Below, one piece after another: positions 9,272 through 20,041 of a stretch of DNA of 64,000 nucleotides; position 1 is the first letter of the stretch, and every line of letters begins with the position of its first letter. Origin of the DNA: an uncultured Candidatus Saccharibacteria bacterium (GTDB taxonomy: Bacteria > Patescibacteriota > Minisyncoccia > Phycocordibacterales > DATDWN01); the NCBI GenBank assembly GCA_964597675.1, contig CAZQYV010000003.1, positions 12,338 to 76,337 on the forward strand, written 5' to 3'. The position numbers were made by a program, and so were the translations under genes. Below the pieces are notes generated by a model that saw only the letters and a program-made list of their open reading frames with translations, had not been told where the DNA came from and searched no databases.

Positions 9272-9970
9272 ATGGATACAAATAAATTTGCAGTACCGCT
9301 CGCTATCGTCATAGCAGGAGGCCTGATCGCAGGAGCGCTATATTTTTCGAATGTAAAAACTGGACAAGTGGTAAAAAATACCGATCCTGATACAACAGGA
9401 CAAGTCGCCGGAGACATACGAAAAGTTTCAGATATAGATCATATTCAAGGTGATCCAGAAGCGGACGTTGTGATTGTTGAATATTCCGATACTGAATGTC
9501 CATATTGTAAAACATTTCATGTGACACTCAATCAGATCATGAAGGAATATGGCGGAAAAGGAAAAGTTGCGTGGGTCTACCGACACTTCCCTATTGACCA
9601 ACTCCATCCACGAGCACGTAAAGAAGCCGAAGCAACTGAATGTGCAAATGAACTAGGTGGACCAACAAAGTTTTGGCAGTATATAAACATGGTCTATGAT
9701 CGAACACCATCAAACAACGGTTTGGACCCAGCAGAACTACCTAAAATCGCTACTGCAGTCGGACTAGATGCGCAAGCATTTAATACATGTCTTTCAAGTG
9801 GAAAGTACGCAACCAAAGTTGAAGCAGATTACCAAGATGCAATTAAGTCAGGCGGACGCGGTACACCACACTCGATCATCATAACCAAGGATGGTGAAAA
9901 AACACCACTCGCTGGTGCCTATCCATACGAACAGTTGAAGCAGATTATTGAGACAATATTACAAAAATAG
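9272..9970 (+). CDS. DsbA-like thiol:disulfide oxidoreductase, membrane anchored
   Basis: 232 aa; N-terminal TM; CPYC active site within a thioredoxin-fold DSBA-like region. Confidence 0.75.
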   Translation: MDTNKFAVPLAIVIAGGLIAGALYFSNVKTGQVVKNTDPDTTGQVAGDIRKVSDIDHIQGDPEADVVIVEYSDTECPYCKTFHVTLNQIMKEYGGKGKVAWVYRHFPIDQLHPRARKEAEATECANELGGPTKFWQYINMVYDRTPSNNGLDPAELPKIATAVGLDAQAFNTCLSSGKYATKVEADYQDAIKSGGRGTPHSIIITKDGEKTPLAGAYPYEQLKQIIETILQK

Positions 9971-9975
9971 GGATC

Positions 9976-10002
9976 AAAAAAACCACCTTAAGGTGGTTTT
10001 TT
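9976..10002. terminator. Bidirectional terminator between convergent genes
   Basis: A7-CCACCTTAAGGTGG-T6 perfect hairpin flanked by A and T runs. Confidence 0.85.
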
Positions 10003-10005
10003 GGT

Positions 10006-12936
10006 TTAAGTGATCAATTTTTTATAGGCACAATATTCGCATTTTGGATCATCGCATGTCTGTGTCAAAAAATCTCCAGAATAGACACTCTCAACGAGAG
10101 ACTGCACTTCTTGCGTCACCCGTTCCACATCCTCGCTTTCAATTGGCAGGGTGACAGTAGGACATCGCCCTTTATCGTCTGGTTTTATAAACACAAGTGC
10201 TGGCTCTATTTCTTTGCCGGCGCAAAGTGGATTATCCGTCAGTAACATTTTGTAGAAAATAAGTTGTCGAAAATAATTTCCATCAGCACTATCAGTATCA
10301 CCTTTAATCGCATTGAGACTCATAGACTGCTTTGTTTTATAATCAAAAACATACAAAAGATCCTTTCCGTTTACGATTGCATCCATTTGCCCATGGATTT
10401 TCAGTCTGACTGAATTATTATCGATTGATAAAAGCAAATGACTCTCAATCCAGCGGTCAGTAAATACTGTACCCTGTAAAGCAAAATGCTCTGAAAGTGC
10501 CCTTGCTACGACAGGCGCATTTGCCAGCAACTCATCGACTATCACCTCCTTATCATTGGCCACAAGCAGAGATGTCTTAAAGAAAGAAATTACGACTTCT
10601 GTAATGATACGCGAAATTGTCTCGGCTCGCTTATCGTCACTTCTCCAGACCTCGGACATTGCCTTGTGCATCGCAATACCTTTTTCAGAGCTGGCGCTCG
10701 GTGCCTCTGGAATTTTGAGAATACTCTTGAATAAAAACCGGCTGGGACACTCTACAAAGTGGTTCAATGCAGTTACCGATAAACCATTTTCCAATATGAC
10801 ACCCTTTGCATATTCAATCAGTTCTGATTTTCTATGAGATGAAAGAGCATCGCCATGCAACACCTTTGGAGATAATGTGCTTTTTGGTGCATCAATTTTT
10901 ATAATTTTTTTCTGATCTAATTCACCAAGAAACCGAAGGGGTGTAAAATCCCTACCTAGATTATCCGTTTGTGGAATAAGAGCGACGACATGTTTTCTGG
11001 CACGAGTCATAGCGACATAAAAAAGACGACGTGAATCCTTTGCTTCATCGCTGGTGTCTCTTTCTTGAGGAAAAACAAAAGACGATCCTCGCACGCTTCT
11101 CATCCAATATTCCTCGAGCGCATAGGGTAAAAAGACATAATCGTACTCGAGACCTTTTGATGAGTGTGCTGTCATTATCTGTATTTTTGCATCAGATTTT
11201 CCTGCTCCAATCTTAATCGTCTTGTTCTCAGCTGTTTTTTTGTAGGCAAGTAATTCAGTAATAAGCGTTCGAGAATCTTCTATTTTTGAGCGCGTTGCTA
11301 TGTCTCGCGCCAAATCGACAATACCTCGCCATACCTCGACCGACAATGGATCGAGCATACGTGCATGTGCTGTCAATCCTGAAATCTCTCCCGCCAAAAT
11401 AATATATGAAATAACCCCAGTCGAGCGATTGATCTCGCCTTTAATTTGCACTAATGTGGGAATATCACTCTCGATCAGACTCAAGTCCCCGCCCTTAATT
11501 TGTTTTAACAGTCGTGTTGATGTAACAAAATCGAGTGACCATAAACCACCTGCAATAGTGTATGCTAAACAATCTGACCGTGTCGGATCGATTAAATATT
11601 CAAGTAACTTGAAATACAGCACTCCTATTGGATGAGAAAAAATATCTGTACCACGCTCGGCAGAGACAGAGACGCCATGCGCTTCACAAAGAGACAATAT
11701 ATGATCGACATCTCGATTCCATCGCACAATGACGGCTACGGTAGACTCTGGCTCCTGCACGGAAATATTACTAAGCTCTCCTACCAAATATGCATCTGCT
11801 GAATCTGAATCATGGGCCAAAATCAGATCGAGTGGTCTTTGTTTCTCAAGAGAGCCAGATTGTAATTTAACTCGCAAATCTGCGTATTGTCCCTCATCAT
11901 AATTATTTTCAATCATTGAATATGTAGCGTCCAATATGTCTTGGTGTGACCGATAATTATTCGTCAAAGAAATAATCTGCATATCCTTCCAAAGATGTTT
12001 AAATTTCAAAAAATTCTCAACTGACGCACCTTGAAAACGATAAATTGCCTGCTTTTCATCCCCTACCACAAAAATATTCGGTGTCTCAAAAAAATTTGCT
12101 AGAAGTGAAATAATTATATTCTGAGAATCATTTGTATCTTGATGTTCATCTACCAAAATATAAAGAAATTTTTCTTGGAGCAATTGCAAAAGCAACGTAT
12201 CCTGCTGTAGAGCACTAACAAGTTCAAATAATAAATCATCAAAATCTATTTTCCTCTCTTCTTTTTTTTGCAATTCATAATCCTTGTACACGCCTGAAAA
12301 CAGGATTGTTCGTTCACACTTTTCTATTCGTTTTAAACTCTCTCCTTTCAATCGTCCTTTGGTTAACCCTCGAGTGGAAAGAGACTCTGGATCATTTTGT
12401 ACCCGCTCTATTTCCTTTCGTGCGAAATCTGCAATAACATCTGGAGTCCATGCATCCTTTTTACAATCGCCAATCCCTGCAATGATTTTGTGTACATAAA
12501 AATCAACATCGCCGAGTGGTCTCAATTTTGCATATTTTTTATCCTTCAATATACTTCTTATAATAGACTCGGCTTCAACATCGGTCATCTGCTGTGACCG
12601 AGAGAGATGAACAAAATGTTCCGGAAATTCAGAAATAACAGATGAAGCAAATCCATGGAATGTATGAATGGAAACCTCGTCGGCTCGCCCGCCTATAATT
12701 TCTCGTAGTTTTGTCCGCATTGCCTTTACGCCCGCGTCAGTAAAGGTGAGAGCTAAAATGCCCGATGGTGGAGTATCAGTCTCCCGTAGAATGTTTGCAA
12801 TACGCAAGGTTAAGATAGTGGTCTTGCCTGTACCAGGGCCTGCAATGACCATTACAGGGCCCTCTATCGTATCTACTGCCCGTTTCTGCTCCTTATTCAG
12901 TTGTGCATATCTCTTCGTAAATTCGAGGTCTTTCAT
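10006..12936 (-). CDS. UvrD/PcrA-family helicase fused to a C-terminal RecB/AddB-type PD-(D/E)XK nuclease with Fe-S cysteines (AddA-like helicase-nuclease)
   Basis: 976 aa. Walker A AGPGTGKT. UvrD motifs VDEHQDTN, ..VVGDEKQAIYRFQGA.. and late ..FYVAMTRARKHV... C-terminal ..VFDYKTKQ.. nuclease motif with a 4-Cys cluster CDDPKCEYC. Confidence 0.8.
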   Translation of the reverse strand: MKDLEFTKRYAQLNKEQKRAVDTIEGPVMVIAGPGTGKTTILTLRIANILRETDTPPSGILALTFTDAGVKAMRTKLREIIGGRADEVSIHTFHGFASSVISEFPEHFVHLSRSQQMTDVEAESIIRSILKDKKYAKLRPLGDVDFYVHKIIAGIGDCKKDAWTPDVIADFARKEIERVQNDPESLSTRGLTKGRLKGESLKRIEKCERTILFSGVYKDYELQKKEERKIDFDDLLFELVSALQQDTLLLQLLQEKFLYILVDEHQDTNDSQNIIISLLANFFETPNIFVVGDEKQAIYRFQGASVENFLKFKHLWKDMQIISLTNNYRSHQDILDATYSMIENNYDEGQYADLRVKLQSGSLEKQRPLDLILAHDSDSADAYLVGELSNISVQEPESTVAVIVRWNRDVDHILSLCEAHGVSVSAERGTDIFSHPIGVLYFKLLEYLIDPTRSDCLAYTIAGGLWSLDFVTSTRLLKQIKGGDLSLIESDIPTLVQIKGEINRSTGVISYIILAGEISGLTAHARMLDPLSVEVWRGIVDLARDIATRSKIEDSRTLITELLAYKKTAENKTIKIGAGKSDAKIQIMTAHSSKGLEYDYVFLPYALEEYWMRSVRGSSFVFPQERDTSDEAKDSRRLFYVAMTRARKHVVALIPQTDNLGRDFTPLRFLGELDQKKIIKIDAPKSTLSPKVLHGDALSSHRKSELIEYAKGVILENGLSVTALNHFVECPSRFLFKSILKIPEAPSASSEKGIAMHKAMSEVWRSDDKRAETISRIITEVVISFFKTSLLVANDKEVIVDELLANAPVVARALSEHFALQGTVFTDRWIESHLLLSIDNNSVRLKIHGQMDAIVNGKDLLYVFDYKTKQSMSLNAIKGDTDSADGNYFRQLIFYKMLLTDNPLCAGKEIEPALVFIKPDDKGRCPTVTLPIESEDVERVTQEVQSLVESVYSGDFLTQTCDDPKCEYCAYKKLIT

Positions 12937-12966
12937 ACTAGTATATTATCACATAAATGAAGAGCC

Positions 12967-13245
12967 CTACACAGATGTGCAGAGCTCGATCCGCCCTGAT
13001 TGAACGGTTTTAATGGTCTTTCCATGAATCTCTAGAATTATGGTAGGAACTACACCAACACCTACAGGCTCAATATGGAAATCCTTTCCATTTGAATCAA
13101 ATCGTACTACGAACTCATGAAGTATTCCGTTACTTACAACAATACGAGCATCTTCTATTGGCTTGATGCCTTGATCAAGAAGATGCTGTTTTATTTGCTT
13201 TCCTAATTGCTCCACAGAACCCTCCGCATGAATTGTATCGCACAA
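12967..13245 (-). CDS. Hypothetical protein, first gene of the helicase-nuclease operon
   Basis: 92 aa ORF 30 nt upstream of and co-directional with the helicase-nuclease; no recognisable motif. Confidence 0.4.
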   Translation of the reverse strand: MCDTIHAEGSVEQLGKQIKQHLLDQGIKPIEDARIVVSNGILHEFVVRFDSNGKDFHIEPVGVGVVPTIILEIHGKTIKTVQSGRIELCTSV

Positions 13246-13264
13246 AAATCATGTGTGCAACACA

Positions 13265-13297
13265 AAACAATCCGAGGGATGCCCTTGGATTGTTTTG
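13265..13297 (-). terminator. rpoD terminator hairpin (conserved TCC(A/G)AGGGAT(A/G)CCCTTGGA motif)
   Basis: Minus strand: ACAATCCAAGGGcatCCCTCGGATTGT followed by TTTGTG; same hairpin core as the terminator at 31354-31380. Confidence 0.7.
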
Positions 13298-13304
13298 TGT
13301 TATT

Positions 13305-14579
13305 TTAATAGTAACTGCGAAGTCTATTTATTTTATCGTGCTGGCGTATTTTTTCGTGTGCCTTTGCCTCAATCTGTCGGATACGTTCACGGGTCACACC
13401 AAACTCCTTGCCCACTTCTTCAAGTGTGTGTGTCACACCATCTACCAAACCGTGTCGCATCTCCAAAATTCGTCTTTCTTTTTCTGGAAGATCATTTAAA
13501 ATCTCACGGACCTGATCCGAAATAATACGTCGAGCAGACTCTGCTTCTGGTGAAAGAATTTTATCATCAGCCAAAAAGTCACCGAGTTTTGATTTACTAT
13601 CCTCACCATCATCGCCAATCGGACTTTCCAAGGAAACAGTGCTTTGATCAATCTTTTCGATGGTGTAGATTTTATCAACCGACAAATTCATTTCTGTTGC
13701 GATTTCCTCTGGCAATGGATCACGACCAAGGTCTTGTGACAGACGTCGGACAACCTGTTTGTACTTTGCGATTGTTTCTACCATGTGAACTGGCACACGA
13801 ATTGTACGAGACTGGTCAGCAAGTGCGCGGGTGATTGCTTGACGAATCCACCACGTCGCATATGTAGAAAACTTGTATCCCTTTGTCCAATCAAACTTAT
13901 CAACCGCTTTAAACAAACCGAGATTTCCCTCTTGGATCAAGTCGAGTAATGTCAAATCTGCAGAACGTCCAACGTATTTTTTTGCGATTGACACCACCAG
14001 ACGCAGGTTAGCACGGGCAAGCAGATTTTTTGCTTCTTCATCCCCTTGCTCGATTCGTCGAGCAAGTTCTTTTTCCATACCACCAGAAATAAGTGGGTAC
14101 TGACCAATTTCCTTGAGGTACATCTGTATCGAGTCATATGATGAGTCTCCTCCACGCCCGCCATAGGCATATTTTTTAGTGGTCAAATCATCGAGTGAGT
14201 TTGATTCTAAGAGTCCACCTCCTTCCAAAATATCAATACCGTTTGAAGAAAACTTTTCGTATAATTCATCCAAAAATATGATATCGTCCTCGACAGTAGG
14301 AAATTCTTTCAAAATTTCATCATATGTAACATAACCACGTTCTTTGCCTTTTCCGAGCAGGCGATCCATGCCCTGCTCCTGTCGGTCTGCTTTTTTCAAA
14401 ACTTTTACAGGCGCTTGCTTGCTTGAGGCCCCTGCAAATGACTGTTTATTTTTCTTTTTTGCTCGGGGTTTTGGAGCAACGACTTTCTTTGACTTTGCTT
14501 TTTTTGTAACACTTTTTTTTGTTTTGACAGCGTTGGCTGTCTTTTTTTTCTTATTCTGTTTTAAAGTATTTTTTTTCAT
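13305..14579 (-). CDS. rpoD: RNA polymerase sigma-70 factor RpoD
   Basis: 424 aa; regions 1.2-4 present (..[11 protein letters not shown].., ..[13 protein letters not shown]..); Lys-rich N-terminal extension; overlaps dnaG stop. Confidence 0.9.
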   Translation of the reverse strand: MKKNTLKQNKKKKTANAVKTKKSVTKKAKSKKVVAPKPRAKKKNKQSFAGASSKQAPVKVLKKADRQEQGMDRLLGKGKERGYVTYDEILKEFPTVEDDIIFLDELYEKFSSNGIDILEGGGLLESNSLDDLTTKKYAYGGRGGDSSYDSIQMYLKEIGQYPLISGGMEKELARRIEQGDEEAKNLLARANLRLVVSIAKKYVGRSADLTLLDLIQEGNLGLFKAVDKFDWTKGYKFSTYATWWIRQAITRALADQSRTIRVPVHMVETIAKYKQVVRRLSQDLGRDPLPEEIATEMNLSVDKIYTIEKIDQSTVSLESPIGDDGEDSKSKLGDFLADDKILSPEAESARRIISDQVREILNDLPEKERRILEMRHGLVDGVTHTLEEVGKEFGVTRERIRQIEAKAHEKIRQHDKINRLRSYY

Positions 14580-16279
14580 GTATGCTTGATTGCATTAATA
14601 CGTTGTGAAATGTTTTGACAATCTTCAAGATATTTTAAAACTTGTGCACTATCTCGTAATTGTTCTGCTCGCTGGAGGAGCACCATTGTTTGCTCAAATT
14701 TTTTCTTCAGTTGATCTTCTTCTAATCTGACAAGCAATTCTTTTACCTCCCGCTCCATCTGCTGTATACCCGCATAATAACTTTCTGTTTCAAATAGTAC
14801 GACATCTTTTTCTATAGTAAGTGCGGTGTAGATGTCATCAAAGGTTTGTGGAATCAAGGTGCGTAATTCAGCTTCCAAAACTGCCGGATCATATACCGGT
14901 GGAGATGAATTTTGTTGCCATATTAGTATACCAACAAGTCGTCGTTCTATCGAGTCTTGTTCTCTACGATGTCCACGAGTTTCATTTTCTTTCGGACTAG
15001 CAACAGTTTTAGATACTGATACATGTTTTAGATCATCCCAGAGTGCATCCTCTTTTATAAAAGTTTTTTGAACAATGTTTTTTATAAAATGCGACCGCTC
15101 AATGGCACTAGGTAACAGAGCAACATATGGCAATACATGCTGATTTATTTCCTGACCAAGCGAACGTGTGTCTAAACTACGAGCCACAAGTGAATCAACA
15201 TAAAAATCAATTATGTGTTTTGCATTTTTCAATATCTCAATCAGTGTTGGCTTGTCCTCTAAAGCCATATCCGCAGGATCCTTGCCCTTAGGCATTGTTG
15301 CAACTTTGAGGTCCATACCGAGAGAAAGAGCCAGTTGGGCACTCCTGTTTGATGCCGCAAAACCTGCCTCGTCCCCATCGTACGCCATAATAATACGGTT
15401 CGATAGGCGTCTTAATTTGGTTAAATGTTCAATGGACAGGGCAGTGCCAGACGAAGCAACCGTGTTTGTAATTCCAACTTGATGTAGCATGACGAGGTCC
15501 ATCTGACCCTCAACCAAAATAGAATAATCTTTCAGACGAATATCTTTTTTTGCCTTATCCAAACCAAACAAAATTTCTGATTTGTTAAACAATGAAGTTT
15601 CTGGACTATTGAGATATTTAGGAGATGTCTCATCTGCAACCAATATACGCCCAGAAAAACCAACAACTCTACCAGAAGAATCATTGATCGGAAACATAAT
15701 GCGTCCACGAAACGTATCGTAATAGGTATCTTTTGTGCCTTCTTTTTGTTTAATAAGGCCAACCTGTAACATATCTTGTGGTGTCACACCTTTTGATGTC
15801 AGGAAATCAAACAACTGTCGCCAATCAAGTGGTGCGTACCCAATTCGAAAATGTTCTATTGTGCTACCTATAATACCCCGATTTTGGAGATATATTTCAG
15901 CTGGATTATGTTCCGATAACTTCTTTTGATAGAAAAAGAGGGCTTGTTCCAATACAGAAAACAATCTGTCCTTTTCTGTTTTTTCGCCTCTAGAAAACTG
16001 ATCCAAAGTAATCCCCGCACGATCGGCTAAGACCTTGAGCGCCCCGACGAAATCGAGCCCCTCGAACTCTTGGACAAAAGTAAAAATATCACCTTTGGCC
16101 TGACAACCAAAACAATAGTATGAGTTGCGATCTGGAGACACGAAAAAGGATGGTGTCTTTTCGTTATGAAATGGACACCTCCCTTTAAAATTCGTGCCTG
16201 CTTTATCGAGCTTTATGTATGACCCAACGAGCGAGACAATATCTATTTTTGATTTGATTTGTTCAACAGACGAAGACAT
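14576..16279 (-). CDS. dnaG: DNA primase DnaG
   Basis: 567 aa; zinc-ribbon [17 protein letters not shown]; TOPRIM region; classic dnaG-rpoD operon. Confidence 0.9.
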   Translation of the reverse strand: MSSSVEQIKSKIDIVSLVGSYIKLDKAGTNFKGRCPFHNEKTPSFFVSPDRNSYYCFGCQAKGDIFTFVQEFEGLDFVGALKVLADRAGITLDQFSRGEKTEKDRLFSVLEQALFFYQKKLSEHNPAEIYLQNRGIIGSTIEHFRIGYAPLDWRQLFDFLTSKGVTPQDMLQVGLIKQKEGTKDTYYDTFRGRIMFPINDSSGRVVGFSGRILVADETSPKYLNSPETSLFNKSEILFGLDKAKKDIRLKDYSILVEGQMDLVMLHQVGITNTVASSGTALSIEHLTKLRRLSNRIIMAYDGDEAGFAASNRSAQLALSLGMDLKVATMPKGKDPADMALEDKPTLIEILKNAKHIIDFYVDSLVARSLDTRSLGQEINQHVLPYVALLPSAIERSHFIKNIVQKTFIKEDALWDDLKHVSVSKTVASPKENETRGHRREQDSIERRLVGILIWQQNSSPPVYDPAVLEAELRTLIPQTFDDIYTALTIEKDVVLFETESYYAGIQQMEREVKELLVRLEEDQLKKKFEQTMVLLQRAEQLRDSAQVLKYLEDCQNISQRINAIKHT

Positions 16280-16345
16280 AGATGTAATTCAAATTCATTA
16301 GAAACATACACACATCTCCTCATGTTGCAGGTATGGTAGACAAAC

Positions 16346-19300
16346 CTACTGATTCATATCACTGTACTGGTTTTCGTCTCTCTTTTCCTGCATTGCCTGT
16401 ATCATTTGCGCTTTCTTGCTACCCTTAAATCCTGTACCTGCTGGGATCAATCGTCCAAGAATAACATTTTCCATCAGTCCCGCAAGCTGGTCATCGTTAC
16501 CGCGGATTGCACTCGAGATAAGCATACGTGTAGTGTGTTGGAATGATGCTGCAGCAAGAAAACTTTTTCGTGAGAGTGACACATCTGTAATACCCATCAC
16601 CACGTTTTCTGCTTTTGCCTCAATTTTCCCATCTGTCTTCATGTGATTATTCTCTTCGGCAACAAATGCTGACTCAACAATGTCCCCTGTTGAGAACATT
16701 GTATCTCCAGAATCCTTGATTCGCTTTCGAGAGAACATTTGTCGAACAATTGTTTCAATGTGTTTTCGAGACACTGTTTCTCCTTGCAATTCGTATGGTT
16801 TGTTAATCTCTCGAATAATATAGTCAATCGTTGCCTCACGACCAGCATATTTGAAGAGTTCATCAATATCCGCTGAACCGTCAGTAATAATATCTCCCTT
16901 CTTTATTTCATCACCAATTTTTACCAACATAACGCGGTTTAGTGAGACAGGGTATTCGATCGATGTCTTTCCTTTTGTCCTGTCTTCTAGAACGGGAGTA
17001 ACTGTGATCATTTTTTCTTTACCGGTCACTTTGATATCAGAAATCGTACCTGATACTGAACAAACAACAGCTGGATTTTTTGGTTTACGCTTCTCAAATA
17101 GTTCTTCGACACGAGGCAAACCGGCTGTAATGTCTCCTGTTGTAGATGCAGTACCTCCAGCATGGAAAGTACGCATAGTAAGCTGTGTTCCTGGTTCACC
17201 AATAGCCTGGCCTGCAACTGTACCAACCGCTTCGCCAATTTCTACGATTTTGTTTTTGCCAAGGTCAGCACCATAACATTTAACACAAATTCCATTTGCA
17301 GTTTTACATGACAGCGGAGATCGGACAATAACAGATTCGACTCCTTCTGACTCAATTTGCAAGGCCTCTTTTTTCGTTACAAAGTGGTCCTTTTTAAAGA
17401 GCACTGTGCCATCTTTTGTAATCACATCCTGTGCAAGAAATCGTCCTTTAACATGTTTTGCAATTGATATCTCCATTCCAGAGACAGAATTCTTGCCAAT
17501 AGCAATACCTTCTTTTGTACCACAATCTTCCTCGGTAATGATTGTATCTTGTGCTACCACGAAAAGTTTTCGAGTTAGATACCCTGCTTTAGCAGTGTTG
17601 AGAGCGGTGTCAGTCAAACCTTTTCGACTACCGTGAGTAGTAATAAAGTATTCAAGTGGAGTCAAACCCTCTTTTGAACACGATATAATTGGAAACTCAA
17701 TTGTCTCACCAGCAGTATTGGTGATCAAACCTTTCATACCACCCATCTGCGTGATGTTGTGCATCGAACCTCGAGCACCAGAGAGTACCATGTCAGATAC
17801 TGGACCATTTTTTGGCAATGTATCAGGCATCAATTTCTCCACATCAGCTTTGGCACTATGCCAAATTTCTGTTGTCTGTCGTAATCGCTCTTCTTTTGAG
17901 ATAAGCCCCATGTTAAAATGGTCCATGATCTCGTCAGATTTGCCTTTTGCTTTTGTGACAACATCCTTTTTACCTGCAGGGATGATAATATCGTCTATAC
18001 CCCATGTCACGCCAGAGTGTGTTGCGTATCGAAAACCGAAAGTTTTAATTTTATCAATGATTGGAGGAACATTTTCTATTCCGTATCGCTCGATCAAATC
18101 ATCCACCAATATAGATGTCTTCTTTCGGTCAATAGCGTAGTTGATAAATGGATAATCTTTTGGCAAGACAGAGTTAAAAAGTAATCGTCCAACAGTTGTC
18201 TCGAATAGTTTCCCGTCAAAGTGTGCATATTTTGGAGATGCGGTCGGAAGAACTTTTATTTTTGAACGGAATGAAATTTCACCAAAGTCATATGCGGTAA
18301 TAGCACTATTTGGTGTTGAAAACATTTTGCCTTCACCTTTTTCTCCTAGAACTTCTTTTGTCATCCAGAAACAGCCGAGCACAATATCAAGCATTTTGGC
18401 TGAAACTGTTGGATCTCCAGATCCAGGTTTAAGGATGTTTTTGTCAGAAGCCATAATCTCGCGGGCCTCTAGTTGCGCTTCGTCGGAAAGAGGTACGTGA
18501 ACGGCCATTTGGTCACCGTCGAAGTCTGCGTTGAAGGCGGAACAAACGAGTGGATGCAACTGAATAGCATTTCCCTCGATCAGAATCGGTTGAAATGCCT
18601 GAATACCCAATCTGTGCAATGTAGGTGCACGGTTTAGGAGTACATACTTATCAGCAATAACTTCTTCGAGTATTGCCCATACTTCTGGAATACCATCTTC
18701 GATAAGTTTTGATGCTCCTCGAATATTGTATGCCAACTCTTTTTTCAATAATTGAGAAATAACAAATGGCTTAAAGAGTTCGAGTGCCATGTGTTTTGGT
18801 AAACCACACTGGTGGAGTTTCAAATCTGGACCAACAACAATAACTGAACGTCCAGAATAATCCACACGCTTTCCGAGCAAGTTTTGTCGAAAAATACCTC
18901 GCTTACCCTTTAGGTTATCTGCAAGTGACTTGAGAGGTCGTCTCTGACTTTGATTAACCGCTGAATTTGCATTGCCATGTCGAATCGAGTTGTCTACCAA
19001 CGCGTCAACTGCTTCTTGTAGAATTCGTTTTTCATTTCGTAGAATAACATCTGGAGCATGAATCTCCTTCAATTTCTTTAGACGATTGTTTCGGTTTATA
19101 ACACGTCGGTACAAATCGTTGATGTCTGATGTTGCATATCTACCACCATCTAGCGGAACCATAGGACGAAGTGCTGGAGGAATGACTGGAATATGTGTCA
19201 AAAACATCCACTCTGGTCGTGTTTCGGACTGTACCATTGCTTCTATGGTCGCAATACGCTTACTGATTTTTCCAGATTCAAGAGAACTTGCTTTCAACAA

Positions 19301-20041
19301 ATCTTCTTCCAGCTGGACAAGCAATTTACTAAGGTCAATTTTTTTGAAAATATTATAGATTGCTTCTGCGCCAATACCTGCCTCAAACATGGTTCCATAT
19401 TTCATCGAGAAATTATGATATTCAACTTCATCGAGTACTTTACCTTCTTGGATTGATTCGATTTCTCGTTTTGCATTGAGAAGCATCTCTTTGACCGCCT
19501 CTTTTGTTTTTTCATCCTGCAAAGATTTCACTTTTGCCTTGTATTCTGAATCCAAATCCTTGAGGTATCTGACACGATCCTCTTCTGATACGCGTGTGAC
19601 AATATATCCTGCAAAGTAAATTACTTTTTCAAGGTCTCCAGTCGGGATACCTAGAATAAGCGAAATACGAGATGGCATTGATTTCAAGAACCAGATATGA
19701 GAAACGGGGGTTGCTAATTCAATATGTCCCATTCGCTCACGTCGAACAATTGATCGAGTGATTTCGACTCCACATTTTTCACACACAATACCTTTGTATC
19801 GTATGCCACGATATTTACCACAGTAACATTCATAGTCCTTGTCTGGACCAAAAATCTTTTCGTCAAATAGACCATTTTTCTCACTTCTTTGTGTACGATA
19901 ATTGATCGTCTCTGGTTTTGTTATTTCACCAAATGACCACTCTCTGATTCGCTCTGGAGATGCTATCTTTAGAGCAATGGTTTCAAAATCGTTTGATGAT
20001 TCTCTTGTTTTAGTTTTCATATGATTGTGTGAATTATCCAT
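16346..20041 (-). CDS. rpoC: DNA-directed RNA polymerase subunit beta'
   Basis: 1231 aa; NADFDGDQM catalytic motif; overlaps rpoB stop. Confidence 0.97.
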   Translation of the reverse strand: MDNSHNHMKTKTRESSNDFETIALKIASPERIREWSFGEITKPETINYRTQRSEKNGLFDEKIFGPDKDYECYCGKYRGIRYKGIVCEKCGVEITRSIVRRERMGHIELATPVSHIWFLKSMPSRISLILGIPTGDLEKVIYFAGYIVTRVSEEDRVRYLKDLDSEYKAKVKSLQDEKTKEAVKEMLLNAKREIESIQEGKVLDEVEYHNFSMKYGTMFEAGIGAEAIYNIFKKIDLSKLLVQLEEDLLKASSLESGKISKRIATIEAMVQSETRPEWMFLTHIPVIPPALRPMVPLDGGRYATSDINDLYRRVINRNNRLKKLKEIHAPDVILRNEKRILQEAVDALVDNSIRHGNANSAVNQSQRRPLKSLADNLKGKRGIFRQNLLGKRVDYSGRSVIVVGPDLKLHQCGLPKHMALELFKPFVISQLLKKELAYNIRGASKLIEDGIPEVWAILEEVIADKYVLLNRAPTLHRLGIQAFQPILIEGNAIQLHPLVCSAFNADFDGDQMAVHVPLSDEAQLEAREIMASDKNILKPGSGDPTVSAKMLDIVLGCFWMTKEVLGEKGEGKMFSTPNSAITAYDFGEISFRSKIKVLPTASPKYAHFDGKLFETTVGRLLFNSVLPKDYPFINYAIDRKKTSILVDDLIERYGIENVPPIIDKIKTFGFRYATHSGVTWGIDDIIIPAGKKDVVTKAKGKSDEIMDHFNMGLISKEERLRQTTEIWHSAKADVEKLMPDTLPKNGPVSDMVLSGARGSMHNITQMGGMKGLITNTAGETIEFPIISCSKEGLTPLEYFITTHGSRKGLTDTALNTAKAGYLTRKLFVVAQDTIITEEDCGTKEGIAIGKNSVSGMEISIAKHVKGRFLAQDVITKDGTVLFKKDHFVTKKEALQIESEGVESVIVRSPLSCKTANGICVKCYGADLGKNKIVEIGEAVGTVAGQAIGEPGTQLTMRTFHAGGTASTTGDITAGLPRVEELFEKRKPKNPAVVCSVSGTISDIKVTGKEKMITVTPVLEDRTKGKTSIEYPVSLNRVMLVKIGDEIKKGDIITDGSADIDELFKYAGREATIDYIIREINKPYELQGETVSRKHIETIVRQMFSRKRIKDSGDTMFSTGDIVESAFVAEENNHMKTDGKIEAKAENVVMGITDVSLSRKSFLAAASFQHTTRMLISSAIRGNDDQLAGLMENVILGRLIPAGTGFKGSKKAQMIQAMQEKRDENQYSDMNQ

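Noticed and set aside
14576-14579. dnaG/rpoD and rpoB/rpoC overlaps as frameshifts or pseudogenes
   Set aside because: These are 4- and 8-nt overlaps of full-length conserved genes, which is normal translational coupling.
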